A stretch of DNA of 62,682 bases, counting the filler, from Globobulimina sp. (taxonomy: Eukaryota): assembly GCA_003354225.1 (NCBI GenBank). It is 26 parts of 26 records of this genome, joined end to end, with 100 filler letters (N's around TTAATTAATTAA, not from the genome) between each part and the next. Parts side by side here need not be neighbours in the genome. Positions count along the whole stretch, not along the records: positions 60,370 to 62,682 come from PIVH01007459.1; 25 more parts are not named here. One strand, 5' to 3'. Position 1 is the first letter of the stretch. Each line of letters starts with the position of its first letter. This document shows, piece after piece, positions 61,788 through 62,682 of this stretch. The notes beneath the pieces were generated by a model that was given only the letters and a program-made list of their open reading frames with translations, ran no database searches and had not been told where the DNA came from. Made by a program: the position numbers and the translations under genes.

Positions 61788-62682
61788 ATGTCCTCCGAAG
61801 TCGTCCCTAAAATTGACTCATCGGTCCAATATATGTACCAAAACCATGACCAACTACCACATACAGATAGAGAAGAAAAGAGCAACTTTATTCTATCAAA
61901 CATGAAATTCATTGAACCCATTAAATCAGAGTCAGATAAGCGAAACTATCGCATTTTTACATTACGAAATGGTTTAGAATGTATTATCGTTTCTGATCCA
62001 GAAACGAAAAAAGCCGCATGCTCAATGGATGTGAATGTTGGACATTTCTCAGATCCAACACACGTAAAAGGTTTAGCACACTTCTTAGAACACGTTACGT
62101 AATACCTATCGATATCTGTTTTTATCATTAATTATTTTCTATATCACATTTTTGCAAATTTCGGAAAAACCATTGCAAACAGATGTTATTTTTGGGAACA
62201 AAAAAATATCCAAATGAAGCAGAGTACGATCAATTTATTAAAGATCATGGCGGCTCAAACAACGCCGCAACATACAGTCATAATACAAACTATGATTTTG
62301 ACGTCGATGCTTTATATTTGTCTGAAACATTGGATCGCTTCGCATCATTTTTTATTTGTCCATTATTTACTGAGTCAGCCACCGCTCGCGAACTAAATGC
62401 CGTTGATAGCGAACATTGTGCCAATTTGCAAGATGATTACTGCCGAATCTTCCAATTTGATAAGTTACAGTCATTAGCAAGCCATCCATGGTCAAAATTC
62501 GATACTGGCAATGTGCAGACATTGAAGCATGATTTAATTAGAAATAATGTACATTTACGACAGGAATTACTAGACTTTCATAGCAAATATTATTGTCCGA
62601 GCATTATGAAATTAGCACTCGTTGGAAAAGAAGATTTAAATCATTTAACCAAACTTGTTTGTAATACATTTGGTAACATAGC
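61788..62682 (+). CDS. Insulinase-family (M16A) metallopeptidase, IDE-like; intron 62094-62182; 3' truncated
   Basis: KSESDKRNYR, VGHFSDP, GLAHFLEHMLFLGTKKYP (HxxEH, spliced), LDRFASFF..PLF, RELNAVDSEH. Confidence 0.95.

Noticed and set aside
1-62682. Operon-like or defence-island interpretation of neighbouring genes (ART, ATPase, integrase, phage genes)
   Set aside because: These lie on different contigs joined arbitrarily, so adjacency across spacers carries no information.

Overview
This is not a contiguous locus. It is 26 unrelated short contigs (2316 down to 2313 bp, sorted by length) joined by an artificial 100-bp spacer (44 N + TTAATTAATTAA + 44 N), so gene neighbourhoods mean nothing across spacers. 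Most contigs are AT-rich eukaryotic DNA with short GT-AG introns (mostly 52-89 nt). The divergent type-2 beta-tubulin points to a foraminiferan (Rhizaria, Retaria). Recognisable genes are beta2-tubulin, CDC73, NC2-beta/Dr1, a VIT1/CCC1 transporter, THADA, a nocturnin-like EEP phosphatase, DERA/deoC, an insulinase, three MFS transporters, a 7TM-RGS protein, two ADP-ribosyltransferase-like proteins, F-box, RING and MATH-RING proteins, a fimbrin-like CH protein, a P450 tail and a Ty3/gypsy integrase. Non-coding elements include a ~1 kb foldback element and two MITEs. One contig is a bacteriophage fragment (AAA/Sak4-like, DUF669, RusA). Two contigs switch abruptly from eukaryotic to bacterial-looking sequence and are probably chimeric. 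The most striking observation is a beta2-tubulin fused in frame behind a coiled-coil/EF-hand-pair/coiled-coil extension of about 345 aa or more, a candidate Ca2+-responsive tubulin. Secondary leads are a BAH plus Dam-like adenine methyltransferase candidate interrupted next to the foldback element, ART-like proteins lacking the canonical Arg, a DERA with a mitochondrial-type presequence, and recurrent head-to-head gene pairs only ~40-85 nt apart. All family assignments come from motifs read by eye; no searches were run.
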